Positions 30,730 to 40,397 of a DNA stretch of 64,000 nucleotides are shown here, piece by piece (position 1 is the first letter of the stretch; the number at the start of each line of letters is the position of its first letter). The stretch spans positions 4,448,001 to 4,512,000 of the forward strand of contig OY969695.1 of NCBI GenBank assembly GCA_963701965.1, given 5' to 3'. Position numbers and translations under genes: made by a program. The notes under the pieces were generated by a model, which worked only from the letters and a program-made list of their open reading frames with translations, did no database searches and was not told the DNA's origin. Origin of the DNA: an uncultured Gemmatimonadales bacterium. GTDB lineage: Bacteria; Gemmatimonadota; Gemmatimonadetes; Gemmatimonadales; Gemmatimonadaceae.

Positions 30730-32194
30730 GCACGACGAACGCCAGCAGCGTCGCGAACACGCCGCGATAGTCGAACCGGCCCAACTGTTCGGTCAGGAGC
30801 GTCCCCAGGCCGCCGGCCCCGACGATGCCGACGAGCACCGTCCCGCGCAGACATTCTTCCCACCGATACGCCGCCAGCGTGAGCGCGCGCGGCCGGAGCG
30901 CGGGCAGCACCGCGTACAAGACGACGCGGGTGGGCCGGGCGCCGAGCGCGTCGAGCGCCGCGATGGGCGCGGGATCGAGCTCCTCGATCGCATCGGCCAG
31001 CAGGCGACCCAGTACCCCGAAGTTGAACAACGCGAGCCCGACGACCCCGGGGAGCGTGCCGGGGAACAGGACGAACAACGCGATCAGCGTCCACACGGGC
31101 GCGGAACCCGCGCGCGAGACGAGCAGGAGTGCGCGAGAGGCCGTGCGCGAGAAGCGTCCGCCGCGCGCCGCAACGACGGCCACGGCGAGGCCGGCGACGA
31201 AGGCCAATACCAGCGCCAGCACGGACATGGCGAGCGTGTCGCCAGAGAGCCGGAGCAACTCGCCTGCCGAAGCCCCGGTGAAACGGGGCGGGATCGCGTC
31301 ACGCAGATTGCCGAACAGCAGGCGATAGGTCCGCGGGCTCGCCAGCCGCGAGACATCGACGCGGAGATACCATACCGACCACACCAGGAGCCCGGCGCCG
31401 ATCACCAATGATGCGCGCACGAACCGTCCGCGGCGCACAGTGCCGCTCCAGGCATCGGAGACGCCGCACACGAGAATGAGCGCGTACAGAAAGGTCCAAA
31501 CCTCCCCGTAGCGCAGGGATTGCATGCTGAGCAAGACTTGGAACCCCAACCCGCCGGCGCCGATCATGCCCAGCACAATCGCCGCGCGGATCGCGCACTC
31601 GAACCGGTAGAACCCATACGCGATCAAGTCGGGTGCGGCCGCCGGTACCAGACCGTAGCCCAACGCGGCGACCGGCCCGGCGCCCGAGGCGCGCAGCGCG
31701 TCGAAGGTCTGGGGCGACGTGTCGTCGAGCGTCTCGCCCGTGATGCGCGCGGTAATCGCGCCATAATGGATCGCCAACGCCAAGATCGCCGTGAGCGGCG
31801 TGAGGCCGAGGCAGCTCACGAGGAGCAGGCCCCACACGACCTCGTGCAGGGATCGAGGAATCGCCAGGAGACCCCGCCAGATACCCAGCGCGGCGCGGTG
31901 CCCGCCGATCGCGCGCCACCAGACGCTGGACGAGAGCACACCACCGACAGAGCCCACGACGCACGCCGCCGCGGTGCCGACCACGGCGAACGCGATCGTC
32001 ACGGCCGCCGACGTCAGCGCCAGCCGGACGAGGGGCGCGGACAGGTTCGGGTGCAGCGCCGCGACGGCGAACGCGCGGACCATCGGCCACCCGGCGGAGT
32101 TGGCGATCGCGCCGCCCGTCGCCAGTGCCCGGGCGAGCGACCAGCCGACCAGGAGCACGATGACAGCGACGGCCCAGGGCCGCTCACGCCGCAT
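30629..32194 (-). CDS. PhnE-type ABC permease with two tandem permease domains
   Basis: Two copies of the 'YRFECAIRAAIVLGMIGAGGLG' / 'YRWEECLRGTVLVGIVGAGGLG' motif; 3' end overlaps the acylase by 101 nt. Confidence 0.85.
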   Translation of the reverse strand: MRRERPWAVAVIVLLVGWSLARALATGGAIANSAGWPMVRAFAVAALHPNLSAPLVRLALTSAAVTIAFAVVGTAAACVVGSVGGVLSSSVWWRAIGGHRAALGIWRGLLAIPRSLHEVVWGLLLVSCLGLTPLTAILALAIHYGAITARITGETLDDTSPQTFDALRASGAGPVAALGYGLVPAAAPDLIAYGFYRFECAIRAAIVLGMIGAGGLGFQVLLSMQSLRYGEVWTFLYALILVCGVSDAWSGTVRRGRFVRASLVIGAGLLVWSVWYLRVDVSRLASPRTYRLLFGNLRDAIPPRFTGASAGELLRLSGDTLAMSVLALVLAFVAGLAVAVVAARGGRFSRTASRALLLVSRAGSAPVWTLIALFVLFPGTLPGVVGLALFNFGVLGRLLADAIEELDPAPIAALDALGARPTRVVLYAVLPALRPRALTLAAYRWEECLRGTVLVGIVGAGGLGTLLTEQLGRFDYRGVFATLLAFVVLTVSAEWAVRASRPSVPLRDDIEPRHAPRPRPG

Positions 32195-32936
32195 CGGTGA
32201 GGTCGTAGAGTGGCACGGTCGCCGCGGCCGTGACGTCGCCCGCCGCCCGGTCGAAAAGGATGCGCCCGGCGCGCAGGCCAATGATCCGGTCGCAGAACTC
32301 GCGCGCCAGGTCGGGGCGGTGCAGGCTGACCACGAGCGCGCGGCGACGGCTCGTCTCGACATTGGCCAGGATCGATAAGACGGTGCGCGCGCGTTCGGGA
32401 TCCAAATGCGACACGGGCTCGTCGGCCAGCACGAGCACCGGGTCTTGCACGAGCACCCGCGCGACCGCGACGCGTTGCCGCTGGCCACCGGACAGGGTGG
32501 CGGTAGGCGCGTCGATCGTATCCGCGATCCCGAGGGAGGCCAGGGCCGCGGCGGCGACGGGGCGGTCCATTGGGGTGAGCAACGAAACTAGGGCACGCAA
32601 TGTCGACCAACGGCCGAGGTGTCCGGCGTTGACATTGTGAATGACGCGGAGCGAATCGACCAGCGCCGGCGATTGATCGATCGTGCCGATATCGCGCCGC
32701 AGGCGGCGCAGCGCGTGGCCCCGTAGGTCGTCGAGGCGCGACCCGAGGATCACGCGCTCGCCCGCGGTCGGTGTCAGCCGGCCGTTCATGATGCGGAGCA
32801 GCGTGGTCTTGCCCGCGCCACTCGGGCCGATGAGCGCCACGCGCTCACCGGCCCGGATCTCGAGCGAGATATCGTCGATCGCCAGTCGATCGCCGAACCG
32901 CCGGCTGACGTGCCGAAGGGCGACGACCGCGTCCAT
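32184..32936 (-). CDS. PhnC-type ABC ATP-binding protein
   Basis: Walker A GPSGAGKT, LSGGQ signature, 'LADEP', 'VSLH'. Confidence 0.92.
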   Translation of the reverse strand: MDAVVALRHVSRRFGDRLAIDDISLEIRAGERVALIGPSGAGKTTLLRIMNGRLTPTAGERVILGSRLDDLRGHALRRLRRDIGTIDQSPALVDSLRVIHNVNAGHLGRWSTLRALVSLLTPMDRPVAAAALASLGIADTIDAPTATLSGGQRQRVAVARVLVQDPVLVLADEPVSHLDPERARTVLSILANVETSRRRALVVSLHRPDLAREFCDRIIGLRAGRILFDRAAGDVTAAATVPLYDLTDAA

Positions 32937-32941
32937 CGCCG

Positions 32942-33811
32942 TCAGCGCGGGATCTCGCCGGTGACGCGGCCGACCGCCTCGATCTGGGCGTAGTTACTAT
33001 CGGCGGTCGGGATGAACTTGTGCGCGCCGAAGAGATCGAGGATCTCCTTTTGCGCCGGCACGGCCGGGTCGAGCGCCAGGAGCGCCGCACGTACTTTGTC
33101 GACCATGTCGGGTCCAAACCGCTGGGCAATGGTGGGATTCACGACCCAGTGATAGTCGTAGAACGACGGCGTGACATAGAACGCCACCACGCGCGTGGTA
33201 TCGGCGGTCCCGTCGGCGAGACGCGAGCGCCAGACCTGCGCGTTGAGCGCTCCCGCGTCGTACGTCCCCGCGGAGACCAGGGCCAGGGTCTTGTCGTGCG
33301 ATCCCGAGAAACCCGGCGCGCCGCGAAAGTCGCCGACCGCGACGCCCGCCTGCTGCAGGTAGTACTGCGGCATGAGCCGACCGGACGTCGACGTCTCGCT
33401 GCCGAACGTGAACGTGTGTCCCTTGAGGTCGGCCAGCGACTGGATACGCGTGCCGCGGTGCGCGATGAAGACGCTATGGAACGAGGAATCGATGTCGCGC
33501 TGTGCCAGCGCGCGGGCGCCGGGCACCCGGAGGCGGGCCTGCACGCCCGTGAGGCCGCCGTACCAGACCAGGTCCAGATCGCCCACGGTGAATGCCGTGA
33601 CCGATGCCGTGTAGTCCGTCACCGGCTTGTATGCGACCGGCACGCCCACGGCGCCTGACAGATACGTCGCGACCTTGCCGTACAGGCGCTGCAGTTTCTC
33701 GGGATCCTGGTCGGGGATCGCCGAGATGATGAGCGCGCGCTGCTTGTCTGGCGCGTGGCACGCGGTCAAGAGCGCCGCGGCAATGAGCCACGGGGCAGTC
33801 ACGGAGCGCAC
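32942..33811 (-). CDS. PhnD-family substrate-binding lipoprotein (putative selenate-transporter subfamily)
   Basis: Lipobox LTAC; 'SAIPDQDPEKLQRLY', 'FTFGSETSTSGRLMP', 'FSGSHDKT', 'YDYHW'. Confidence 0.82.
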   Translation of the reverse strand: MRSVTAPWLIAAALLTACHAPDKQRALIISAIPDQDPEKLQRLYGKVATYLSGAVGVPVAYKPVTDYTASVTAFTVGDLDLVWYGGLTGVQARLRVPGARALAQRDIDSSFHSVFIAHRGTRIQSLADLKGHTFTFGSETSTSGRLMPQYYLQQAGVAVGDFRGAPGFSGSHDKTLALVSAGTYDAGALNAQVWRSRLADGTADTTRVVAFYVTPSFYDYHWVVNPTIAQRFGPDMVDKVRAALLALDPAVPAQKEILDLFGAHKFIPTADSNYAQIEAVGRVTGEIPR

Positions 33812-33896
33812 AGGGTCTCCTATCGAGCAATGGGCGTTGCGGTGTCACGTAGAATATGGGAGGGAACGCTATCCTGCCCCGTTAGATTCCGTGGTC

Positions 33897-34973
33897 ATGA
33901 CACCAGCCTCCCTCTCGCCCGCCGCCGCGCGCATTGATACGGTCGGCTACGCGGCATCCGATGCCAAGGCGCCGTTGGCGCCTTTTCAATTCCAGCGACG
34001 CCCCACGGGTCCGCGCAATGTGCGGATCGATATCCTCTATTGCGGCGTGTGCCACTCCGACATTCACCAGGCCCGCGACGAATGGGGCGGCGCCATCTTC
34101 CCCATGGTGCCGGGACATGAGATCGTCGGGCGCGTGGTCGAGGTTGGCGATCAGGTCACGAAACTGCACCAAGGCGACCTGGCCGCCGTCGGCTGTATGG
34201 TGGATTCCTGCCAGCAGTGCGCGAGCTGCACCGCCGGTCTCGAACAGTTCTGCGAGAACGGCACGGTGTGGACGTACAATGCGCGCGACAAACAGGGCGA
34301 GAACGTGTTCGGCGGCTACTCCAAGACGGTCGTGGTGGACGAGGCCTTCGTGCTGACCTTGTCGCCCAAGCTCGATCCGGCGGCCGCCGCGCCGCTCCTG
34401 TGCGCGGGCATCACGACGTACTCGCCGCTCCGCCACTGGAACGTGGGACGGGGCTCCAAGCTCGGAGTCGTCGGCCTCGGCGGCCTGGGACACATGGGAC
34501 TCAAGTTCGGACGCGCCTTTGACGCCCACGTCGTGCAATTCACGACGTCCCTGGGCAAGAGGGCGGACGCCAAACGGCTAGGCGCCGACGAAGTAGTGCT
34601 GTCGTCCGATGCGGCGGCCATGCAAGCGCACCGGCGCTCGTTCGACTTCATTCTCGACACGGTATCGGGGACGCACGACGTCAGCGCGTACCTCGATTTG
34701 CTCAAGGTCGATGGCACCATGACGCTGGTCGGGGTTCCCGAGGCGCCGCTGTCGATCCCGGCGTTCTCCCTCGTCGGCCGGCGGGCGAGCCTGGCCGGGT
34801 CGGCCGTCGGAGGCATTCCCGAGACGCAGGAGATGTTGGACTACTGCGCGGAGAGCGGCATCGTGGCGGACGTGGAGATCATCCCGATCCAGGAGATCAA
34901 CGCCGCCTACGACCGGATGCTGCGGGGCGATGTACAATACCGGTTCGTGATCGACATGGCCTCTCTCACCTGA
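33897..34973 (+). CDS. Zn-dependent NAD(P)-dependent alcohol/aldehyde dehydrogenase (cinnamyl-ADH/YahK-like)
   Basis: 'CGVCHSD', 'VPGHEIVG', structural Zn 'CQQCASC..C', '[14 protein letters not shown]', 'GLGGLG'. Confidence 0.93.
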   Translation: MTPASLSPAAARIDTVGYAASDAKAPLAPFQFQRRPTGPRNVRIDILYCGVCHSDIHQARDEWGGAIFPMVPGHEIVGRVVEVGDQVTKLHQGDLAAVGCMVDSCQQCASCTAGLEQFCENGTVWTYNARDKQGENVFGGYSKTVVVDEAFVLTLSPKLDPAAAAPLLCAGITTYSPLRHWNVGRGSKLGVVGLGGLGHMGLKFGRAFDAHVVQFTTSLGKRADAKRLGADEVVLSSDAAAMQAHRRSFDFILDTVSGTHDVSAYLDLLKVDGTMTLVGVPEAPLSIPAFSLVGRRASLAGSAVGGIPETQEMLDYCAESGIVADVEIIPIQEINAAYDRMLRGDVQYRFVIDMASLT

Positions 34974-34977
34974 CCCC

Positions 34978-35436
34978 ATGCCCGTTCCTACTTCCGGGGA
35001 GTCCGCTCCCGACTTCACGCTCGCTTCGACCAACGGCCAGAACGTCACGTTGTCGTCCTTTCGCGGGAAGGACAACGTGCTGCTCGCCTTCTTCCCGTTG
35101 GCGTTCACGAGCACCTGCACGGCCGAGCTGTGCGAATTTCGCGACAACTTCGACGCGTTCGCGGGGCGGAACGTCGTCGTCTTGCCGATCAGTGTCGATT
35201 CCGTGCCGACGCTGGCCGAGTTCAAATCGAAACATCAGTTCAAGACCGACATGGCGAGCGACTTCAAGCGCGAGGCTTCCAACGCCTACGGCGTGTTGCT
35301 CCCGGAGAAATTCTTCTCCAATCGGGCCTATTTCCTGATCGATAAGAAGGGCACGGTGCGTTGGTCGTACGTGGAAGTCACCCCCGGCACCAAGCGCGAG
35401 ACGAGCGAGATCTTTGCGGAGATGGCCAAGCTATAG
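34978..35436 (+). CDS. Peroxiredoxin (AhpE/BCP-like)
   Basis: 'APDFTL', PxxxTxxC motif '[15 protein letters not shown]', 'RAYFLID'. Confidence 0.9.
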   Translation: MPVPTSGESAPDFTLASTNGQNVTLSSFRGKDNVLLAFFPLAFTSTCTAELCEFRDNFDAFAGRNVVVLPISVDSVPTLAEFKSKHQFKTDMASDFKREASNAYGVLLPEKFFSNRAYFLIDKKGTVRWSYVEVTPGTKRETSEIFAEMAKL

Positions 35437-35447
35437 GGGGTTACAGG

Positions 35448-35557
35448 GCGTTGTCCCCCTCGTGACCGGGTCGGCGGTCCCGAGTATCCGATTGTCACTT
35501 TTACAGACGTGACCTTTCGGCTACTTTTTCGGTCAGCTTGTCCGAGGGGGACACTGC
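35448..35557 (+). promoter_or_regulatory. Candidate structured cis-regulatory RNA leader occluding the RBS of the histidine kinase
   Basis: Nested stems: 35452-62/35543-53 (11 bp perfect, covers GAGGGGG), 35463-68/35530-35, 35482-91/35517-26, 35494-98/35509-13; T5 at 35525-29. Confidence 0.5.
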
Positions 35558-36745
35558 ATGGTCGAGATGCCCGCACCGCAACCGATCGCCGACGCTGCTC
35601 TCGCAGCTGTTAAGGCAGAGCTCGCTTCGGCGCGCGTCCCGGAGAGCGTTGCCGAGCGGGTGCAAGAGATCATGCGGGCCGCGCTCACCGAGCAGCGGCA
35701 CTTCTTGATGATGGTCGTCGATTCGCTCCCGTTGGGCCTCTACGTGGTCGATCGCGAATACCGCGTTCAGGCGTGGAACCGCAAGCGGGAGAGCGGTATG
35801 CAGGGCATCGCCCGGAGCGACGCCCTCGGCCGCACGATCTTCGAGATCCTCCATCGGCAGCCGGCGGAGACCCTCAAACGCGAGATCGACGAGGTCTTCG
35901 CGACCGGACAACTCGGCCAGTTCGAGACCGAGTCCCACGCCACCGGGAAGGCCCGGACGTTCCGGATCTCGAAGATTCCGATGCACCTGCACGAGGCCGA
36001 CTCCCAGGTGACGCACGTCATCACCATCGGCGAGGACATCACCGAGTGGAAAGAAGCGCAACAGCGCGTGGCCCAAGCGGAAAAGATGGCCGCTATCGGC
36101 CAGCTCGCCGCCGGCGTCATGCACGAGATCAATAATCCCCTGGCCACGATCTCCGCGTGCGCCGAAAGCCTCGTGGACGAGATCGGCGATCTCGAATACC
36201 TGCGGTTCATCGATACGGAAGTGCAGCGGTGCAAAGGCATCATCAATGGACTGCTCGACTTCAGCCGTAAGCGGCCGGCGGACAAGGAGTTGGTCAGTGT
36301 CAACGCGGAAGTGGAGCGCACCCTCGCGCTCTTGTCGCATCACGCCCGCTTCAAGCGGATGGCCGTCGAGACCGACCTCGATGACCGGATCGGCGCCAAT
36401 GTGCGCGCCAACGGCGACCAGCTCGTCCAGGTCTTCATGGCGCTCTTGCTCAACGCCGCGGACGCGACGGCCGAGCGGGGCGGGAAGATCACGCTCCGTT
36501 CCCGCGCCGAAAACGGGCACATCATCGCCGAAGTGACCGACGACGGCGTCGGGATCCCCCGGTCTGATGTCGCCAAACTGTTCGAGCCGTTCTATACCAC
36601 CAAGCCGCCTGGACGCGGGACGGGGCTCGGTCTCTCGATTTGCTACGGTATCGTCGCCGACCATGGCGGGCGCATGGAAGTGGAAAGCGCTCCGGGTGTC
36701 GGCAGCACGTTTCGCATTGTATTGCCCACGGAAACAGTCGCATGA
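35558..36745 (+). CDS. Cytoplasmic PAS-domain histidine kinase (NtrB/AtoS-like)
   Basis: PAS, 'AAGVMHEINNPL' H-box, 'LFEPFYTTK..GTGLGLSI'; no TM helices. Confidence 0.92.
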   Translation: MVEMPAPQPIADAALAAVKAELASARVPESVAERVQEIMRAALTEQRHFLMMVVDSLPLGLYVVDREYRVQAWNRKRESGMQGIARSDALGRTIFEILHRQPAETLKREIDEVFATGQLGQFETESHATGKARTFRISKIPMHLHEADSQVTHVITIGEDITEWKEAQQRVAQAEKMAAIGQLAAGVMHEINNPLATISACAESLVDEIGDLEYLRFIDTEVQRCKGIINGLLDFSRKRPADKELVSVNAEVERTLALLSHHARFKRMAVETDLDDRIGANVRANGDQLVQVFMALLLNAADATAERGGKITLRSRAENGHIIAEVTDDGVGIPRSDVAKLFEPFYTTKPPGRGTGLGLSICYGIVADHGGRMEVESAPGVGSTFRIVLPTETVA

Positions 36746-38160
36746 AAGAACCAACCAGCATCAAGATCCTGATTGCCGAGGATGAGGAAATGCTCGGCAC
36801 CGTCCTGCAGCAGTTCCTCGCGGGTAAGGGCCACCAGGTCGTGGTCGTGCGGGATGGGCGGGCGGCGCTCGAGGCCCTCAAGCGCGACGATTTCGACGTC
36901 GCGTTGCTGGACATCGTCATGCCGGAGCTCGACGGGATGGAAGTGCTCCGCCAGATCTCCGATGAGCCGTCGCCGCCCCAAGTGATCATCATCACAGGCA
37001 ACGGGACGATCGAGACGGCCATCACCGCTATCCGACTCGGCGCCTACGACTATCTGTCGAAGCCGTATCGTATGGCGGAGATCGACGTGCTCGTGCGCCG
37101 GGCCTGGGAGAAACGGCAGCTGGCCGCCGAAAACGCGCTCCTGCAGCACCACCTGGAGCGCGCCAACGGCGTTCCCGAGATCGTGACGCGATACGCGCCG
37201 ATGCAAGCCGTGCTTTCGCTGGTTGAGCGGGTCGCCAAATCCGACTCCCCCGTGCTCATCACCGGCGAGGCGGGCACCGGCAAAGAGCTCGTGGCGCGGG
37301 CGCTGCATCGGATGTCGGAACGCAGCGGCGGGCCGATGGTCGATGTCGACTGTGCGTCGACGACCGATGCCCTGACGATGGAGAGCGAGCTATTCGGGCA
37401 CGAGAAAGGGGCGCTGCCCGGCGTGCTCAAACGAAAGACCGGACTGTTCGAGCTGGCCACCGAAGGGACGCTCTTTCTCGACGAAGTCGGCGATCTCGAT
37501 CTCCGCGTCCAGGGCAAGCTGCTGCGGGCCCTGGAAAGCGGGGCCTACCTGCGGCTGGGCGGGACGCACAAGCTCAACGTCGACTTTCGCGTGGTGGCCG
37601 CCACCAAGCGCGATATTCGCGAGGACGTGATGGATCGGAAGTTCCGGAGTGACCTGTTCTTCCGGATCAACACCATCAGCATCACGCTCCCACCGCTCCG
37701 GGATCGCGTCGTCGACATCCCCCTCCTCGCGCAGTACTATCTCAAGGAGTTCGGCGGCGCCGCGCCGCCGACGCTGACCGACGACGCGATCGCGGCGTTG
37801 GAGAGTTACCCGTGGCCCGGAAACGTCCGGGAGATTCGCAACGTGATCGAGCGCGCCGTCCTGCTGGCCAACGGTGGAGTCATCAGCCGCCGCGACTTGC
37901 CGCTGTCGAGCACCGCGATGCTCCAGGGCGGATCGTCGGCGCCGTCGCCGCACGCCTCCAACGGACCCGCGGTCCCCTACGTGGGCGACGAGAACGGCCG
38001 CAGCCTGTCGCTGTCGGAGCTGGAGCGCCGGCACATCGAGGCCGTGCTCAACCGCGCGAACTGGCATCAGGGACGCGCCGCGGCGCAACTCGGCATCTCG
38101 TCCAAGACGCTCTATCGCAAGATTCGCGAATATGGGTTCGTGCGCCCGCGGAACGTGTGA
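36742..38160 (+). CDS. NtrC-family response regulator (REC-AAA+-Fis HTH) with degenerate GAFTGA loop
   Basis: 'LLDIVMP', 'GEAGTGKE', 'ESELFGHEKGALPGV', 'LFLDEV', 'WPGNVRE', 'LGISSKTLYRKI'; ATGA overlap. Confidence 0.92.
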   Translation: MKEPTSIKILIAEDEEMLGTVLQQFLAGKGHQVVVVRDGRAALEALKRDDFDVALLDIVMPELDGMEVLRQISDEPSPPQVIIITGNGTIETAITAIRLGAYDYLSKPYRMAEIDVLVRRAWEKRQLAAENALLQHHLERANGVPEIVTRYAPMQAVLSLVERVAKSDSPVLITGEAGTGKELVARALHRMSERSGGPMVDVDCASTTDALTMESELFGHEKGALPGVLKRKTGLFELATEGTLFLDEVGDLDLRVQGKLLRALESGAYLRLGGTHKLNVDFRVVAATKRDIREDVMDRKFRSDLFFRINTISITLPPLRDRVVDIPLLAQYYLKEFGGAAPPTLTDDAIAALESYPWPGNVREIRNVIERAVLLANGGVISRRDLPLSSTAMLQGGSSAPSPHASNGPAVPYVGDENGRSLSLSELERRHIEAVLNRANWHQGRAAAQLGISSKTLYRKIREYGFVRPRNV

Positions 38161-38825
38161 AGATCCTGGTCATTGAGGACGACCCGACGGTCGGCCAGTT
38201 CGTCAAACGCGGTCTCGAAGAGCAGCGCTGGAGCGTCGACCTGGTCGCCGATGGCGAGACGGGGGAGCGCCTGGCCAGCTCCGATGGCTACGATCTCGTG
38301 ATCCTCGACATGCGATTGCCCGGGAAACCGGGCCTGCAGGTCCTCCACTCGCTGCGCGCCCGCGGGCTGCAATGCCCCGTATTGGTGCTGACGGCCCAGG
38401 ACGCGGTCGACGCCAAGGTGCAGACGCTGCGGGCCGGCGCCGACGACTATGTCACCAAGCCCTTCGCGTTCGAGGAGCTCCTGGCCCGGGTCGAGGCGGT
38501 CTCGCGCCGGCCGCGGGCCCTGACGTCGGTGGCGCTCCGCGTCGACGATCTCGTGCTCGACCGGGACACGCGCGAAGTGCGCCGCGCCGGGGAGATCGTC
38601 GACGTGACACCGAAGGAATACGCCGTGTTGGAGTACTTGATGCGCCACGCGGGCAAGGTGATGAGCCGTACGCTGATCACCGAGTACGCCTGGGGCTATC
38701 ACTTCGATCCCGGCACCAACATCGTCGACGTGGTCATCAATCACCTGCGGAAGAAGATCGACGCCGCGCACGAACGAAAGTTGATCCACACGGTGCGCGG
38801 CGTCGGCTACGTCGTCCGCGCCTGA
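38157..38825 (+). CDS. OmpR-family response regulator (CusR-like)
   Basis: GTG start in GTGA overlap; 'ILDMRLPG', 'GADDYVTKPF', 'TNIVDVVINHLRKKID..IHTVRGVGY'. Confidence 0.93.
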   Translation: MKILVIEDDPTVGQFVKRGLEEQRWSVDLVADGETGERLASSDGYDLVILDMRLPGKPGLQVLHSLRARGLQCPVLVLTAQDAVDAKVQTLRAGADDYVTKPFAFEELLARVEAVSRRPRALTSVALRVDDLVLDRDTREVRRAGEIVDVTPKEYAVLEYLMRHAGKVMSRTLITEYAWGYHFDPGTNIVDVVINHLRKKIDAAHERKLIHTVRGVGYVVRA

Positions 38826-38833
38826 GCTGACCC

Positions 38834-40321
38834 GTGGCCAGCATTCGCGCGCAGCTGACCACCGCGTATGCGACGGCGCTCCTGACCACGGTCGCGGTGT
38901 TCGCCGCCGTGTCCTATGCCACGGCACGCTCGGCGCGCCAGCGTGAGCAAGAGCGCCACGTGACGGCCGATGCGGACCTGACGCTCCGCATCGTGCAGCA
39001 AGCGATCGCCTCCGGCGAGGCGATCGTCACGACCAGCAGCGAGAAGAACCAGCCGCGCCAGTCCTCGACGCCCGCCGCGTACACGATTCCCCCGGCCGTG
39101 ACGCCGAAAGTCCGGACGCTGTTGGAGGGTGTGCCCGACTACGTGTTCGTGCTCGACAGCAACGGCCACACGCTCTACAACTCGTTCGCGGTGCGCCAGC
39201 TGGACGAAGACGATCAAGTCACGCTGAGTCGCGCCGCCATCGCGCTGCCTTCGGATGGCGGCCCGCCGACGACCGTCGATCTCCGGACCAAGCGCCTCCT
39301 CGCGGTGGCGTTGAATGCGCCGCCGGGATCCAGTCCGGTGGCCCGCGTGGTCGCCGCGGCCGAATACGAGAACGCAACCGTGGCGCCCGTGGTGCTGGGC
39401 GGCGTGATCTTCATCGCGGCGCCGCTCATTCTCCTCATCTCGATCGGCGCCGCCTATGTCATCGCCGGGCGTGCGTTCCGTCCGGTCGATGGCATCATCA
39501 ACGAAGTCGAGGCGATCACCGACGGACGCAGCTTGCACCGGCGCCTGGCGCTGGACGGATCGGGCGATGAGCTGACGCGACTCACCCGCACGCTGAACGC
39601 GATGATCGAACGGCTCGAGACCTCGTTCGGCGCGCTGCGCCGCTTCACGGCCGACGCCAGCCACGAGCTCAAGACACCGCTCACCGTGATGCGCGCCGAC
39701 GTCGAGCGCGCCATGAACGTGACGGCGTATTCCACCGATCAACTGGTGGCGCTCGAAGAAGCGTTGCGCGAAGTCCGCAGAATGTCGGATCTCGTCGACA
39801 GCCTGCTGACGCTCGCCCGTGCCGATGAAGGACGATTTGACCTGATGCGCGAGCCGGTGGCGCTCGAACCGCTGGTGCGGGAGGTCTTCGAGACCGCCGT
39901 GATCCTTGGTGAGGACGCGGGGATCACCGTCTACTTACCCGTGCTCGAGGACGTCACGGTGTCCGGCGACCCGATGCGTTTACGGCAGCTGTTTCTCAAC
40001 TTGGTGACAAACGCCATCAAGTACACGCCGCGTGGTGGACGCGTGGATTTGAGTCTCAGCAAGCGGCTGGACGCCATCACGTTTACCGTGCGCGACAGCG
40101 GTATCGGGATCGCGGCGAACGACTTACCGTACATCTTCGATCGTTTCTGGCGCGCCGATCGCGTGCGCTCGCGCGCGTCGGAGCGCGGGGGGTTCGGACT
40201 GGGGTTGGCGATCGCCCAGTATATCGCGCACGCGCACGGTGGATCATTGACGGTGAGCTCACGACTCGGCCGCGGAACGGTGTTTACCGTTACGCTCCCG
40301 CTCGAATTAACCAACACGTAA
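38834..40321 (+). CDS. Membrane HAMP sensor histidine kinase
   Basis: Two TM helices, HAMP, 'FTADASHELKTPL', 'NLVTNAIKY', 'GGFGLGLAI'. Confidence 0.92.
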   Translation: MASIRAQLTTAYATALLTTVAVFAAVSYATARSARQREQERHVTADADLTLRIVQQAIASGEAIVTTSSEKNQPRQSSTPAAYTIPPAVTPKVRTLLEGVPDYVFVLDSNGHTLYNSFAVRQLDEDDQVTLSRAAIALPSDGGPPTTVDLRTKRLLAVALNAPPGSSPVARVVAAAEYENATVAPVVLGGVIFIAAPLILLISIGAAYVIAGRAFRPVDGIINEVEAITDGRSLHRRLALDGSGDELTRLTRTLNAMIERLETSFGALRRFTADASHELKTPLTVMRADVERAMNVTAYSTDQLVALEEALREVRRMSDLVDSLLTLARADEGRFDLMREPVALEPLVREVFETAVILGEDAGITVYLPVLEDVTVSGDPMRLRQLFLNLVTNAIKYTPRGGRVDLSLSKRLDAITFTVRDSGIGIAANDLPYIFDRFWRADRVRSRASERGGFGLGLAIAQYIAHAHGGSLTVSSRLGRGTVFTVTLPLELTNT

Positions 40322-40397
40322 TCTCGGAACCATTTCGCGCCCATCGGCGACGGCTAGCTTCTGGCACATACGAGAACCGTCGTAGCCAGGAGCGCAC

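Noticed and set aside
40322..40397. sigma54 or ECF promoter upstream of tonB
   Set aside because: TGGCAC lacks the TTGC -12 element; GGAACC lacks a convincing -10 at proper spacing
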